A stretch of DNA of 53,974 nt, taken from positions 1 to 53,974 of the IMG/VR virus record IMGVR_UViG_3300028025_001902; one strand, given 5' to 3'. This DNA is from a virus (taxonomy: Duplodnaviria; Caudoviricetes). The notes under the pieces were generated by a model. The model saw nothing but the letters and a program-made list of their open reading frames with translations. It was not told the origin of the DNA and did no database searches. Shown here in pieces: positions 36,231-46,640 of this stretch. The position numbers and the translations under genes were made by a program. Each line of letters opens with the position of its first letter. The stretch's first letter is position 1.

Positions 36231-38759
36231 TTATACTGTATCAAATGTTATTCGTACAGTATCCGTTGTTATGCTAGAATCGAATCGAACATCCAATTCG
36301 TCCATTGTGATGAAGTCGTCATCTACAGTTTCACTTCCATCGAAAGTATAGACGCCATCTTGTTTAATTATAGTGATATACGCTTCTTTAGCGAAATTTG
36401 TTCTTCTATTAGGATTATTTATAACATCTAAAATGGTAATACTACCAAAATCCTTAATTTGTGTGTTTGCGTATGTATCCCAATATCCTTGGTTTGGAGC
36501 ATCATACTCTTGATCCCAAGCATTTCTATAAACACCTATAGATTCTTTAGTTCCAGCTGCATATGGAGCTAAAGTAAATTTCCATCTTTCTAACCATGCA
36601 AGAGTTGGTCCAAATTGAAGAGAACCAGCCGATGGCATAGATCTTAATTCTAAGTCAGCAAATGAGCTGGCATAAGTCGGCACTACCTCATTAAATGTGC
36701 TATGGTAGATAACCTTGTAAGATTCTCCAAGTTCTGCACGAAGATCCAATAAATGAACTTCTGTTGGAGTCAGATTAGGTAAAACTAGAGTTGGTAAGAA
36801 CTCAGAGGTACTTGTTCTAACACCAAGAATGCTTGCGATAAAGTCTGTGATAATAAGAGTAACTTGTTCTTTATCTAAAGCAGAATTATCCTCATATCCA
36901 GATCGTCTGTAGTTACCGACTGCTCGCATCTTCATATCCAAGAATAAACGAATAGTTGTTAGTAATTCAGATACCTGTAGTGTTACATCAGAAGGTGCTC
37001 GAACTAATGATTGGACTGTAACCTCACCAAATAATGCTAGACCAATTGGGTGTAACAGTTTCTTGACAGCATCACGATACTTATCGATAGACTGACCAAC
37101 TTTAATAACGTAAGAATACTCTTGATAGAATAAAGAGTCTTGAATTTTCTTTGAAGATTCAGAAACTTTACCATCGGCATTAATAAACTTACCAAGAGTT
37201 CGACTAACTGCACCAATAACACCTGTAGCTTCAGCGTGATTGCCAGAACCAGAAATAATTTTAGCAGTGGCACCAGAACTATTTGTTATAGTCTGATTTG
37301 TCTCAAATTGACCAGAAGTTTCATTTACAAATGAGTTTCCATCTTCTGTTATTAGATATCCAGTTGAATTTTCTAACTGAGTAACAATTCTATCTGAAGT
37401 TGGGTATAATGTAATTAAATTTCGACTAGTATCATAAGAGTAAATAGTTCCACTTGGTACTTGTTGACTCTCAAGAACCAGTTTATCACCAGACTCGAGT
37501 AGTAATTCACCATCAATATCCGTTTCTAAAGACATTGTCTGTGGTAGCACTGTTATTGCGTCACCAGCTGCGAATGATCCAGTTATGTCTTTAACAACAA
37601 TATTGTATGGGAATACTGCAATAGGAGCAGTCTCATATCGTGCACCTGGATTTGTAATACCAACTTTGGTGACTCTACCGATGCCATCACCAATCGCAAT
37701 AAGTTTGGCACCAGTTCCGCCAGTGGCAGAAACAATAGGAAGTTTCTTATAGTAGTATCCACCAGTTAAAAGAGAAATTGCTTTGATACCACCTGTGGTA
37801 ACATTCTCTAAGTCAAAATGATCTCTATCCTCACTGAGTAATTTAGAACCATCTTCCATAAGAATAGAATCAACATCAATGTCAGTAATAATGGCTCTAG
37901 CTGTTACTAAAGAAGCAGCAAGATCACCAGCATCAGTATTATCAAATGTTAATTCTGTTCCGATGCTATATCCAGATCCAGGTGAATCAATAATAATATC
38001 ATCGATAGATCCGTAACCAATATTAGTTACTTCAATTTGCGCATCTGTTCCAGTACCAGAAAGTAAATCAATCGGATCACCCACTCTGTAGTATGAACCA
38101 TTATTAATAATATCAAATTCTGTAATAACTGATAGTATGTTAAGAGTTATTGTACTGTTATTGGTATTGTCTAATCCTGTTATAGAATCTGTAGTATTGA
38201 ATGTTCCAACAATACTTTTTTCATTTAATGTCAATTCTGCAATTGTATCAGAACCAATTTGAAATTTAATGACTGATTCTACACTAGCACGACTTATGCC
38301 TTGACTGATTGTTTGACCAATTAAATTAAAAGAATTTCCACTGGTTTCAATACAACGAACAATAACAGCCTGATCCCATTTACCATCTGATAAACGGAGC
38401 ATATCCGTTTTAGGGAAATATAATTGTGGGGTTTCATTAAACAGAATTCTGAATAAGAATTCGTAAGACTTTGTCGTACCCTTTGAACGATAAAGTTCGT
38501 GTATCTGTTTTGCAAGATAGCGTTTATCCGATAAAGTAGAAAGTGGAACATGTAACAACACTTCATTTCTAAAGTACTGAATAAAACTATCAATAGTATC
38601 ATCAATATCTCTTGTGCTTTCGAGATTTCTCTTTTCAGTTTGTTCTAGAAACTCATAGTATGCTTCTAAAAATGCAATGAACTGAGTATTATCCTCACGA
38701 ATAAATTCGGGGACTTGTCTAGATACGACTGATGATACTTTTGCTTTTACGAGTGCCAT
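36231..38759 (-). CDS. gp7: Baseplate wedge initiator
   Basis: RQVPEFIRE..FIAFLEAYYEFLE, LYRSKGT..SY.FLFRILFNE, KIQDS.FYQEYSYVIK, VKKLLHPIG...FGE; follows gp6. Confidence 0.8.
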   Translation of the reverse strand: MALVKAKVSSVVSRQVPEFIREDNTQFIAFLEAYYEFLEQTEKRNLESTRDIDDTIDSFIQYFRNEVLLHVPLSTLSDKRYLAKQIHELYRSKGTTKSYEFLFRILFNETPQLYFPKTDMLRLSDGKWDQAVIVRCIETSGNSFNLIGQTISQGISRASVESVIKFQIGSDTIAELTLNEKSIVGTFNTTDSITGLDNTNNSTITLNILSVITEFDIINNGSYYRVGDPIDLLSGTGTDAQIEVTNIGYGSIDDIIIDSPGSGYSIGTELTFDNTDAGDLAASLVTARAIITDIDVDSILMEDGSKLLSEDRDHFDLENVTTGGIKAISLLTGGYYYKKLPIVSATGGTGAKLIAIGDGIGRVTKVGITNPGARYETAPIAVFPYNIVVKDITGSFAAGDAITVLPQTMSLETDIDGELLLESGDKLVLESQQVPSGTIYSYDTSRNLITLYPTSDRIVTQLENSTGYLITEDGNSFVNETSGQFETNQTITNSSGATAKIISGSGNHAEATGVIGAVSRTLGKFINADGKVSESSKKIQDSLFYQEYSYVIKVGQSIDKYRDAVKKLLHPIGLALFGEVTVQSLVRAPSDVTLQVSELLTTIRLFLDMKMRAVGNYRRSGYEDNSALDKEQVTLIITDFIASILGVRTSTSEFLPTLVLPNLTPTEVHLLDLRAELGESYKVIYHSTFNEVVPTYASSFADLELRSMPSAGSLQFGPTLAWLERWKFTLAPYAAGTKESIGVYRNAWDQEYDAPNQGYWDTYANTQIKDFGSITILDVINNPNRRTNFAKEAYITIIKQDGVYTFDGSETVDDDFITMDELDVRFDSSITTDTVRITFDTV

Positions 38760-38761
38760 TA

Positions 38762-40591
38762 TTAGCTACGACTTGAAGTGAAGATATAATTAGATCCGCC
38801 AGAGGTCTCGCCAGAGGCAACTTTGTCAACAACAGCATTTACAACGATTTGTTCTTCAGCAATTAAAGCCAACTGACTTCTAACTGAAACAACATCGTTT
38901 GATGATGGTTTAATAGTGATAGTAATCTCATTATTTGTTGCAGATGTAATATTAATATCATTTAGTGTGATTCGACCAGTCACATAATTGACTGAACCTA
39001 AAGTATTATTTGTATATCTCTTAGTACCAGCACCAACAAAGTAATACAAACGAATATTTCCAACACCATCATCTTCAAAAAAGAAAGTTTCACTGGAACC
39101 ATCAATAGTAAAAGCATCAGATGTTACAGCACCTTCAGGGACACCTTCTGTATAAATTGGGTTATCAATACTGATAACATAAGAAGTTCTAGTATTAAAA
39201 GTTGGAGTGAATGATCTTTTTAGAACGATCGTAGTAATGTTACTTAAAATAGATTCTTCTGAAGCATCAATTAAACGAGACATTTTTGAGAATCTAAACA
39301 TTCCATCAAAACGATTAAGATCTGTCTCATTATAATTTATAATAGTATCACGAACCAAAGTCTTAAGTAATTCTTCAGATCTATTGGTTTGCTGAGGATT
39401 ATAGTAAATTGTTACATTTGGAACAATGTAAAGATACTGAGCATCAACAACTTCTGGAATAATTGATACCACATTCTTGCCTTTAAGAATTGTAGTTTTA
39501 ATTAGTTCTTTAGTGGCATTAGATAATGTTTCACCTGACAGTGGTTTGATAGCAATGAATGCCTTACCATAAACTGGAGGATTATTATCTTCACCACCCC
39601 AAACATTGATTGAGTCGATGTTTGAAAATAGTTGTGGAAGAATAACTTTGTAATCTTCTGCGGTAACTGCACGATTTTGTGCAGAGTAATTTCTTGGAGC
39701 ATTAAAACGAATAGAATCAATGTCTTCAATATCTTGTCCACCTTGTGCAGCAGTAACTGTATTAACTGAAACAGTACCACCACCGATACCTGTTCCGTCA
39801 AAAGTGAACACACGTGCACCATTGGCTGCAGTTTTATCTGTGACAAAGTAGTTAAACAATACAACATTACCAGCAGAAGGTTTATAACCTACGATACCAT
39901 CACCGAAATATACTTCAAATAATTCGTCATCGATCTCTTTCAAAAAGAAAGCACGAGTAGTTGGACCAACTTCAGTTATATTATTTGCAAATGTATAAGA
40001 TGTGTATGAAGATGAACCTGAAGTTTCTTGAACACGAACAGTCAGTGTAGAAATATCAATATCTGAATTTGGGATAATAAAACGAGTTCCATCAGCAACT
40101 GTGTAAGTATATGTTAATGGAGTGCCCTGCGTTAAAGTAACATTCTGGAAAATGTAAGCACCAGAAGTATTTGGAATAATTGTAGTTGCTTGAGTGTTAT
40201 AAAATGTATAGGTAACGGTATCAACAACAGAAGAAAATGCGCTGTTTGCTGGTAAAGTCAAAGAAGATGGACTACCAGTTGGAGCAGATACTGTAATGTT
40301 TACTGTGGCAGTAGGAGCACGAGAAGATCTTGGAAGATAACCCAACATCTTAGCCAAAGAAACTACACTGGATCTCTTACGAGCAGAGTCCAAGAACATT
40401 TCATTTACTGCAAGGTTTGTGTAAAGAGAATGGTAGTGAGTATTGTATGCCAAAACATCCAACAATACGGACATACCTGAACCTTCAAAATCGTAGTCCG
40501 AAAACTCATTCTGTCCCTGTAAGAATGTCTTTAGATTAGATTTGATCTGGTCAAAATCTAATTCAGAGACGCTTATTTTTTTATTTTCCAT
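38762..40591 (-). CDS. gp6: Baseplate wedge subunit
   Basis: LDFDQIK.NLK.FL, FSDYDFEGSG, LAYNTHY, NEMFLDSA, FGDG, QNRAVTAEDY, WGGEDN.P.YGK. Confidence 0.95.
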   Translation of the reverse strand: MENKKISVSELDFDQIKSNLKTFLQGQNEFSDYDFEGSGMSVLLDVLAYNTHYHSLYTNLAVNEMFLDSARKRSSVVSLAKMLGYLPRSSRAPTATVNITVSAPTGSPSSLTLPANSAFSSVVDTVTYTFYNTQATTIIPNTSGAYIFQNVTLTQGTPLTYTYTVADGTRFIIPNSDIDISTLTVRVQETSGSSSYTSYTFANNITEVGPTTRAFFLKEIDDELFEVYFGDGIVGYKPSAGNVVLFNYFVTDKTAANGARVFTFDGTGIGGGTVSVNTVTAAQGGQDIEDIDSIRFNAPRNYSAQNRAVTAEDYKVILPQLFSNIDSINVWGGEDNNPPVYGKAFIAIKPLSGETLSNATKELIKTTILKGKNVVSIIPEVVDAQYLYIVPNVTIYYNPQQTNRSEELLKTLVRDTIINYNETDLNRFDGMFRFSKMSRLIDASEESILSNITTIVLKRSFTPTFNTRTSYVISIDNPIYTEGVPEGAVTSDAFTIDGSSETFFFEDDGVGNIRLYYFVGAGTKRYTNNTLGSVNYVTGRITLNDINITSATNNEITITIKPSSNDVVSVRSQLALIAEEQIVVNAVVDKVASGETSGGSNYIFTSSRS

Positions 40592-40984
40592 TTATCGAGT
40601 TCTCTCTAAGGTTAAATCTAGAGTTAGAGGTTGTTGTGTGTTAACTATCTTAAACGTGATAGTAACATACAATGAATTTTCATCTGGACTGCTAAGAACA
40701 TTAACATCCAATAAGTCTACTCTTGGTTCAAAGTTATTGACCACATCAACAATCGCTCTCTGTAGAGTGATGTTTAACATCGGTGATGCTGGTTCGAATA
40801 ATAATGCGTTAATTGGCGAGCCGATTTCACTATGAAATGGTCGCTCAAAGTTTCTAGTTAGAATTAGATTTTTAAGGGAAGTTTTAATTGCATTTTCATC
40901 GTATCTACGTGCAATGTCCTTAGTCACTGGGTGAGCAGTGAAATTTAAATCTAAATCGGAGAAAAGTCTTGTGCTTCGTGCCAT
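40592..40984 (-). CDS. gp25: Baseplate wedge subunit gp25
   Basis: FSDLDLNF..HPVT.D, AIKTSLKNL.LT..ERPF, NFEPRV, LERTR. Confidence 0.93.
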   Translation of the reverse strand: MARSTRLFSDLDLNFTAHPVTKDIARRYDENAIKTSLKNLILTRNFERPFHSEIGSPINALLFEPASPMLNITLQRAIVDVVNNFEPRVDLLDVNVLSSPDENSLYVTITFKIVNTQQPLTLDLTLERTR

Positions 40985-40990
40985 ATTCTT

Positions 40991-40997
40991 TATTTAG
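40991..40997 (-). promoter_or_regulatory. Late promoter CTAAATA, 6 nt upstream of the gp25 ATG
   Basis: Minus strand reads CTAAATA AAGAAT ATG. Confidence 0.65.
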
Positions 40998-40998
40998 G

Positions 40999-41301
40999 TT
41001 ATTCTATAAAAGAGTTGTTAGAACCTTGCGCTATTGCATCGCCACATTGGATACTATCTCCAATTCTAGCTGCTTTTTTACCCTCAATATAAGTCTTACT
41101 TGCTCCAGTGCTGGGAATACGAATATCAGAATTATGTGTAGTTCTTCCGCATGCATGGGCTGCAAATTTACAATTAGGATCTACAACTGCAGCTAGTTTT
41201 CCATTAAAATAGGTTTTAGCCACTGGGGTGGTTATCAGGGCAGTGGGTGCAAAACATCCATGCCCAGTGCTCTTATCTCCGAGTGTTGATACTGCAGGCA
41301 T
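40999..41301 (-). CDS. gp5.4: PAAR-repeat spike tip protein
   Basis: MPAV..LGD.STGH, NGK.AA, H.CG..H, EGKKAARIGD...CGD.IA.GS.N.FI. Confidence 0.92.
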   Translation of the reverse strand: MPAVSTLGDKSTGHGCFAPTALITTPVAKTYFNGKLAAVVDPNCKFAAHACGRTTHNSDIRIPSTGASKTYIEGKKAARIGDSIQCGDAIAQGSNNSFIE

Positions 41302-41768
41302 TATCTTCCTATCCTAGTTTGGGCAATTGCATTTATTAAAGCAGTTTTACCTATGTCCCAGTTAAAAGTGGAAACGACTGTATAAGTCTGCTGAACATCT
41401 GGACCAATACTGTTCGCATCCTTGGCTGTTACGGTATAACTGTAAGTCACAGTTTGTACAGTGGGTGCGGTAAAAGAACAGATTTCATACGAGTTCGTTA
41501 TATCATTAAAATTAGTAACAGTACTGTATGTTTTATCTTTTGTCAAATATGTAATGATGCTTCCACCATGTGGTTCTGCATCATATTGCCCAGAAATATT
41601 ATTAGTTCCCACAGTCATTAGAGTATTGGTTTTATCTGCAACTATTCCTGTTACTGCATAACTTGTTAATGGATCTGGATCAACATAAGAAAATGTCTGC
41701 GAATAGTTAGTATAAACAGGTAACTCATCCACAGCCTTTAAAGCAGTATTGGAAGGAGTCCAAGGCAT
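41301..41768 (-). CDS. Hypothetical baseplate-region protein between gp5 and PAAR
   Basis: 155 aa, TAATG-coupled at both ends, Thr/Tyr-rich; no recognised motif. Confidence 0.55.
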   Translation of the reverse strand: MPWTPSNTALKAVDELPVYTNYSQTFSYVDPDPLTSYAVTGIVADKTNTLMTVGTNNISGQYDAEPHGGSIITYLTKDKTYSTVTNFNDITNSYEICSFTAPTVQTVTYSYTVTAKDANSIGPDVQQTYTVVSTFNWDIGKTALINAIAQTRIGR

Positions 41769-44700
41769 TACGCAGTCCTATTTTGTTGAGGAATCTGATC
41801 TAAAAGATAGAATCCTTGTGGAACACCAGCAGTATTTCTTTTGTAAGTCTTATCGTTTACCATGGTAAATGCCATCTTTCTTCTAGCGTCCATCTTGTAG
41901 CTAACGTGCATCCAATGCGAAGATGGGTAACGATACTCTAAAATAATCTGGTCGTATGGCAGAATCTTTTCTGCAGAAACCACTAAATTGTAAAGTTTGT
42001 CGTATGTACTATTAACCAAACCAATGTCAATAGCCTGTCCTTTGCAGTGATCTGAAGTAGGAGATTCCTGAGGAACAACACCTTTTAATCGATAACCAGA
42101 ATTAATCTTCCATGTCTTCTTATAGCCACCAATTCCTCCAGGAAGAATCTCTAGCATTGGTTCAAGAATATTCTGAGCAACCATGGCAAGATTACATACA
42201 ACTTCTTGAACTGTGTATTGTCTTAGTTGTCCTTTGGCAGTATCCTGAAGCATTTGGTCTACAAGTTTATGTTTACCATTCACACCACCATCAATTAACA
42301 TACCCAATGTAAAGTTAGTGGATAGTCTATAGTCATTAGTGAAGTTAGTTGTATTGTAAATCACTTTACAATCTACTGGAACCGCAGGTGCAGCACCACC
42401 ACTTGGTGTTGCAGATTCTTCTGCAACTGGAACTACTGGAACAGCAACACCATTCTCACGTGACTCTTTATTTGAGATGGCACGACCCTCTGGTGTATCC
42501 CAGTCATCAGGAGTTTCAGCAGTAGTTCTTTCTTCAAATGCACGCTCTGGTGGAATGAAGTAAGGAACAACAGGATTGAGTGGTTTGCCAGCCACAGGTG
42601 GAGTCAGAGTAAAATCTTCTACATCAGCTGCGCTTCCTGCACCATTACCAAATTGACCTTCAGCGTAATCTGCAGATAATTTTCCACCAGCAAGAATATT
42701 AGTTTCACCGCTAGATTCAATATTCACTACCTCAGATTTCTGATTGATAGCAGCTGCAGATTGAGTATTAATGTTTCCATCTGATTTCGTGTAAATGTTT
42801 GCAGCTTTAACTGAATAATCCCCGACTACATTTACTTTAAAGTCACCACCAATAGCCATAGTTGTATCATTGGCAACACCGATGTCTAAGTTATTACCAA
42901 CTTGAATAGTAGCGTTCTGCTCAACTTGAATATTTGCATCTGATCGTGCGTAGATATTTGTATTACCATCAACGGTAATATTGCATTCACCAGCAACACG
43001 GATACATCCATTTCTTTCCATGATGGTGAAGTTATCACCAACAATGTAATTTACCTGTGTACCATTTGCATCAATTTCACTGAATGTACCTGAACGATGG
43101 TATGTATGAATACGCTCTTGTCCAGGTGTGTCGTCAAATTCTTGAATGTGTCCAGATTCAGTTTCAAATACTTTATTGTATGGATACTTTGCTCCATATG
43201 GTGGCTCTGGTTGATCCCATGAACCATTACCAATCGCCTTTGGAACATCTAATCTTCGAACAGCATCTTTTTTCTTAACTACTGTTCCTTTGATAATTCC
43301 TCGTGCCAAACGATTAGTGTCTGGCTCGTTGATATATTCTTTTAGTGGATACTTATTGTTTGGATCTCTAAATCCAATTGCGTCAGAACCAGATGCTTTA
43401 CTTTCTTCAGATGGTCCAGGGGTTGGTTTGGAACCATCTGCTGGTGGCTCTGGAATTGGTGCTGAAGCATCTTTGTCAGAACCACTATCACCAGCTGCGC
43501 CATAGAAATATTCGTAGTAAGCTAATTTGCGTGCGGAAATGTCTGGAGAGTTTACACCAACTGCAGCTTTTGCAGCTTGAAAATATCCAGGATGTGCATT
43601 GGCATTAACTTTAGATGATACTCTATCTTTGATGTAAAGCGCAGCAACCAATGCTGATACGTTAATATCATCATCAAGAGAATCTGGATTATTTACAATG
43701 TCAAGACTTAAACCCATGTTATTGGCAAGAGTTTGATACTTTTGATAGTTACCCTTACCAGTCAGCTGAATAAATCCACGACCAAAATATTTTCCACCAT
43801 CTTCATCTGTTAGATTACCAAGGAAACCCTTACCACGTTTTGTTGGTCCATATGCCCATGAGAAGAACTCTGATCTTGATAGACCACGTTTTGATGCATT
43901 TGCATATTTTGAAATATCATCTTCTGTGGCAAATGAATAGATCGCCTTCATACGAGAAGGTGAATAATTATATGATTCTAACTGAGGAATCCATCCTGTT
44001 TCACCACCAGCAATACCCAGTAAAGCACACTTCTGTTCTTTAGTTGTAAGTCCAACTTTGTCGCATGCAGCAATAAGTGCCTTAATACCTTGTGTGGCTT
44101 TTGATGTGTTTGTTACAGACTTTGGTGGTGGTATAGTTGGAATTGCATTATTAGTTACATTAGATGTTGGAGTCGCACCAACAGTTGGTGATGCGTCAGG
44201 GGTTGTAGTAACTACTCCACCGAATCCCGTAGTTACTGGATTACCAGAACTATCTGTAAGTACATTAGCATTTCTACTTCTATTAACTGCGTCTAAGTTA
44301 GTGGGTACTGGTTCAAATGTAATAATGTTTTCTGCATAATTAACAACAGCACTACTAATAGTAATTTGTGTGCCATTATTAATACTAACAATGGTTGTTC
44401 CGTTTGGAATACCAAAACCGACAACTTTCATATTGGCTTTTAATGAACGAGTTAAGTCTACTCTACCTTCTTCATTGTCTATAAAGGTGAGTACTTTACC
44501 AGTAACTGGTCCAGGAATTGTTCGTAGAGTAATGCTTTCTACTTTTTCATCAACAATTGCACCACCATCTTCAGCATCAATTGGTAATGGTGTGGAAGGA
44601 ATTCCACCAAGTGTTCCAAGAATAATTGGTTGTTGTTTATCATGGTCTGCAAATAGAACAATTACAGAAGTACCTTCAACTGGTCCAATTGGAGTATGAC

Positions 44701-44872
44701 CAATACCATTCATCGCTGCAGAAGTTACAGGTTGGACTGGAGTTGCCCATGGAAGATCTGCCGTTGGAAGCAATGACTTATCATGTGTATGCAATCCAAC
44801 TATACGAACTTGGCATCGACCAAGTGATAATGGATCCTGTCTATTTTCTACAATACCATAGTGCAAATTCAT
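41768..44872 (-). CDS. gp5: Baseplate hub/central spike with a GH19-like muramidase and a C-terminal M15-type peptidase
   Basis: OB-fold GIVENRQDPL.LGR..VR..GLH...LPWA; GH19-like GGKYFGRGFIQLTGKGNY; YPYNKV.ETESGH..EFDDTPG.ERI; beta-helix repeats; INSGYR..SDHCKGQAIDI..QIILEY..WMHVSY. Confidence 0.92.
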   Translation of the reverse strand: MNLHYGIVENRQDPLSLGRCQVRIVGLHTHDKSLLPTADLPWATPVQPVTSAAMNGIGHTPIGPVEGTSVIVLFADHDKQQPIILGTLGGIPSTPLPIDAEDGGAIVDEKVESITLRTIPGPVTGKVLTFIDNEEGRVDLTRSLKANMKVVGFGIPNGTTIVSINNGTQITISSAVVNYAENIITFEPVPTNLDAVNRSRNANVLTDSSGNPVTTGFGGVVTTTPDASPTVGATPTSNVTNNAIPTIPPPKSVTNTSKATQGIKALIAACDKVGLTTKEQKCALLGIAGGETGWIPQLESYNYSPSRMKAIYSFATEDDISKYANASKRGLSRSEFFSWAYGPTKRGKGFLGNLTDEDGGKYFGRGFIQLTGKGNYQKYQTLANNMGLSLDIVNNPDSLDDDINVSALVAALYIKDRVSSKVNANAHPGYFQAAKAAVGVNSPDISARKLAYYEYFYGAAGDSGSDKDASAPIPEPPADGSKPTPGPSEESKASGSDAIGFRDPNNKYPLKEYINEPDTNRLARGIIKGTVVKKKDAVRRLDVPKAIGNGSWDQPEPPYGAKYPYNKVFETESGHIQEFDDTPGQERIHTYHRSGTFSEIDANGTQVNYIVGDNFTIMERNGCIRVAGECNITVDGNTNIYARSDANIQVEQNATIQVGNNLDIGVANDTTMAIGGDFKVNVVGDYSVKAANIYTKSDGNINTQSAAAINQKSEVVNIESSGETNILAGGKLSADYAEGQFGNGAGSAADVEDFTLTPPVAGKPLNPVVPYFIPPERAFEERTTAETPDDWDTPEGRAISNKESRENGVAVPVVPVAEESATPSGGAAPAVPVDCKVIYNTTNFTNDYRLSTNFTLGMLIDGGVNGKHKLVDQMLQDTAKGQLRQYTVQEVVCNLAMVAQNILEPMLEILPGGIGGYKKTWKINSGYRLKGVVPQESPTSDHCKGQAIDIGLVNSTYDKLYNLVVSAEKILPYDQIILEYRYPSSHWMHVSYKMDARRKMAFTMVNDKTYKRNTAGVPQGFYLLDQIPQQNRTA

Positions 44873-46149
44873 TATTTCTTTCCATCCAAATTATATTGTA
44901 AAGTGTCTTTAATCAATTCAATGTGGCATTCATGTTTATTTCTATCAACATAATGATTAATAGCTGAGATTAAATAATTACCAGAAAACATTTTATCTGT
45001 AACATCTTGTTCTTTTTTGGTAATAGGTTCAATTTTATTTAAGGTAACATTAACCTTTTGACCAACTGTGTAATCTGCTCTTCCTGGAACAGTTATCTCT
45101 AATTTATTTGCTTCAGCTAACTTCATTAATGAAACACGTTGTTGTTTAGTCTTAAAAGTAGTGACATCTCCGTATCCATTAAAATTACCATAATCTCTTG
45201 GAGTGTTTATGATTAATGAGTTAGCTCTAAAAATAGAACTATCAGAACTAATAGGATTGTCGTTAAGATGTTTTTGTTTATCAAAGTTCTGAAACATATT
45301 ATAGTTTTTGGCAGTGTATGTTTTCTTCGTTAGATCATATGAGATAATTTTAGACGATAACATACCACCACGAATTCTATCAATGTAATCAAAACCAACT
45401 GGAATACTAATAGAAGTTATTCTTCTGTAATCTTCTTCAATGTTACGAATGCTTCCACTGTTCTTTCGATCGTCACGAGTATATTTGTCATACACAAAAT
45501 TTTGATAAACATCTGCGCTGTACAAACTATCTAGACTAATGTAATAAAATCCATCTCTGTTCTCAAAGAATACATAGTTTGGCACTTTATTTTGATTGGC
45601 AGATGCTTCGGCACAATGCATAATATTTTGAACTGGGGTCCAATAATTAGAAATATACTTTATGTTATTTGAGGTAGGTTCGGTGAACAACTTTTTAGTA
45701 GATTCTAATCCGTAGGTTTTGTCTTTAATAAAGGTATTGATAATATCAGATATTTTACCACTGAATACCTTACTTACCTTTTTGTTTAAATCAACGATAG
45801 CCTCAGTTGAAATAAAATGCAACTGATAAACTACAGATCTATCACCGAGCAATTCACGATCGGTTAATTTGTAAATGTAATATCTACCTTTAATATTTCC
45901 ACGCTGCAATGATGGAGTTGAGATCTCTAGTTCAACTTGTTCTTCACCTGCAAATGGAAATAAGTTGACTAAGTCCAACGAATCTTTAATAATTAAACTT
46001 CCAGTGATAAATGGTGAGAACAAGTCTTCATATATCTGAACAGTAATTACTTGCGCAGTGATATCTTGATAAACACCTTTGCTGGTGATTATCCTAACTT
46101 TATCAATGCTGACATCGCCAGCAAATCTAATTGGGTTGTTAGGTTGCAT
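44872..46149 (-). CDS. Probable baseplate hub protein (gp27-like)
   Basis: IYEDLFSPFITGSL.I.D, YVFFENRDGF, ITVPG...VGQ.V, SGNYLISAINH; lies between gp53 and gp5. Confidence 0.65.
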   Translation of the reverse strand: MQPNNPIRFAGDVSIDKVRIITSKGVYQDITAQVITVQIYEDLFSPFITGSLIIKDSLDLVNLFPFAGEEQVELEISTPSLQRGNIKGRYYIYKLTDRELLGDRSVVYQLHFISTEAIVDLNKKVSKVFSGKISDIINTFIKDKTYGLESTKKLFTEPTSNNIKYISNYWTPVQNIMHCAEASANQNKVPNYVFFENRDGFYYISLDSLYSADVYQNFVYDKYTRDDRKNSGSIRNIEEDYRRITSISIPVGFDYIDRIRGGMLSSKIISYDLTKKTYTAKNYNMFQNFDKQKHLNDNPISSDSSIFRANSLIINTPRDYGNFNGYGDVTTFKTKQQRVSLMKLAEANKLEITVPGRADYTVGQKVNVTLNKIEPITKKEQDVTDKMFSGNYLISAINHYVDRNKHECHIELIKDTLQYNLDGKK

Positions 46150-46640
46150 TATATGAGATCTTTATAATCTTTTAATATTGTATTAATAATGTTTGGTGAA
46201 ATAATCTTTATTCTTCGTTTCGCTTCATTTTTATTTCTCTCATCTTCTGCATTTGAAACTGATACCGCTCCAGATGCATTTGAGTTTACAACAAAACCAT
46301 TTGCGTCAACATAGTGATGAATGCTGTTTTCTGTTCCTGGATATTTTGAAGTGATAACTTTCACTAATTGATATTCAGCAAGAGGAAAATCTTCGATGTA
46401 ATCGTAACGATCGTTGGCCAACATAATGATCCAGTGATATTCTGGATTTCCATATATTTTTTCAGCAATAATCTCTGGTGTTTCACCATCAACAATATCA
46501 TACTCATCAAATACTGTTATATTGGCAAGGACATCTCTGCGGAAACGAATGTTCCTTGTTATATCTTTTACTAATGATGTTTTAGTTGTATTTCCAACTC
46601 TAAATTGATAAATGAAACTTGGAAAATCTTTGAAATACAT
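46149..46640 (-). CDS. gp53: Baseplate wedge subunit gp53
   Basis: MYFKDFP, DITRN, YDIVDGETPEIIAEKIYG...HWIIMLAN, NEAKRRIKII.P. Confidence 0.9.
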   Translation of the reverse strand: MYFKDFPSFIYQFRVGNTTKTSLVKDITRNIRFRRDVLANITVFDEYDIVDGETPEIIAEKIYGNPEYHWIIMLANDRYDYIEDFPLAEYQLVKVITSKYPGTENSIHHYVDANGFVVNSNASGAVSVSNAEDERNKNEAKRRIKIISPNIINTILKDYKDLI

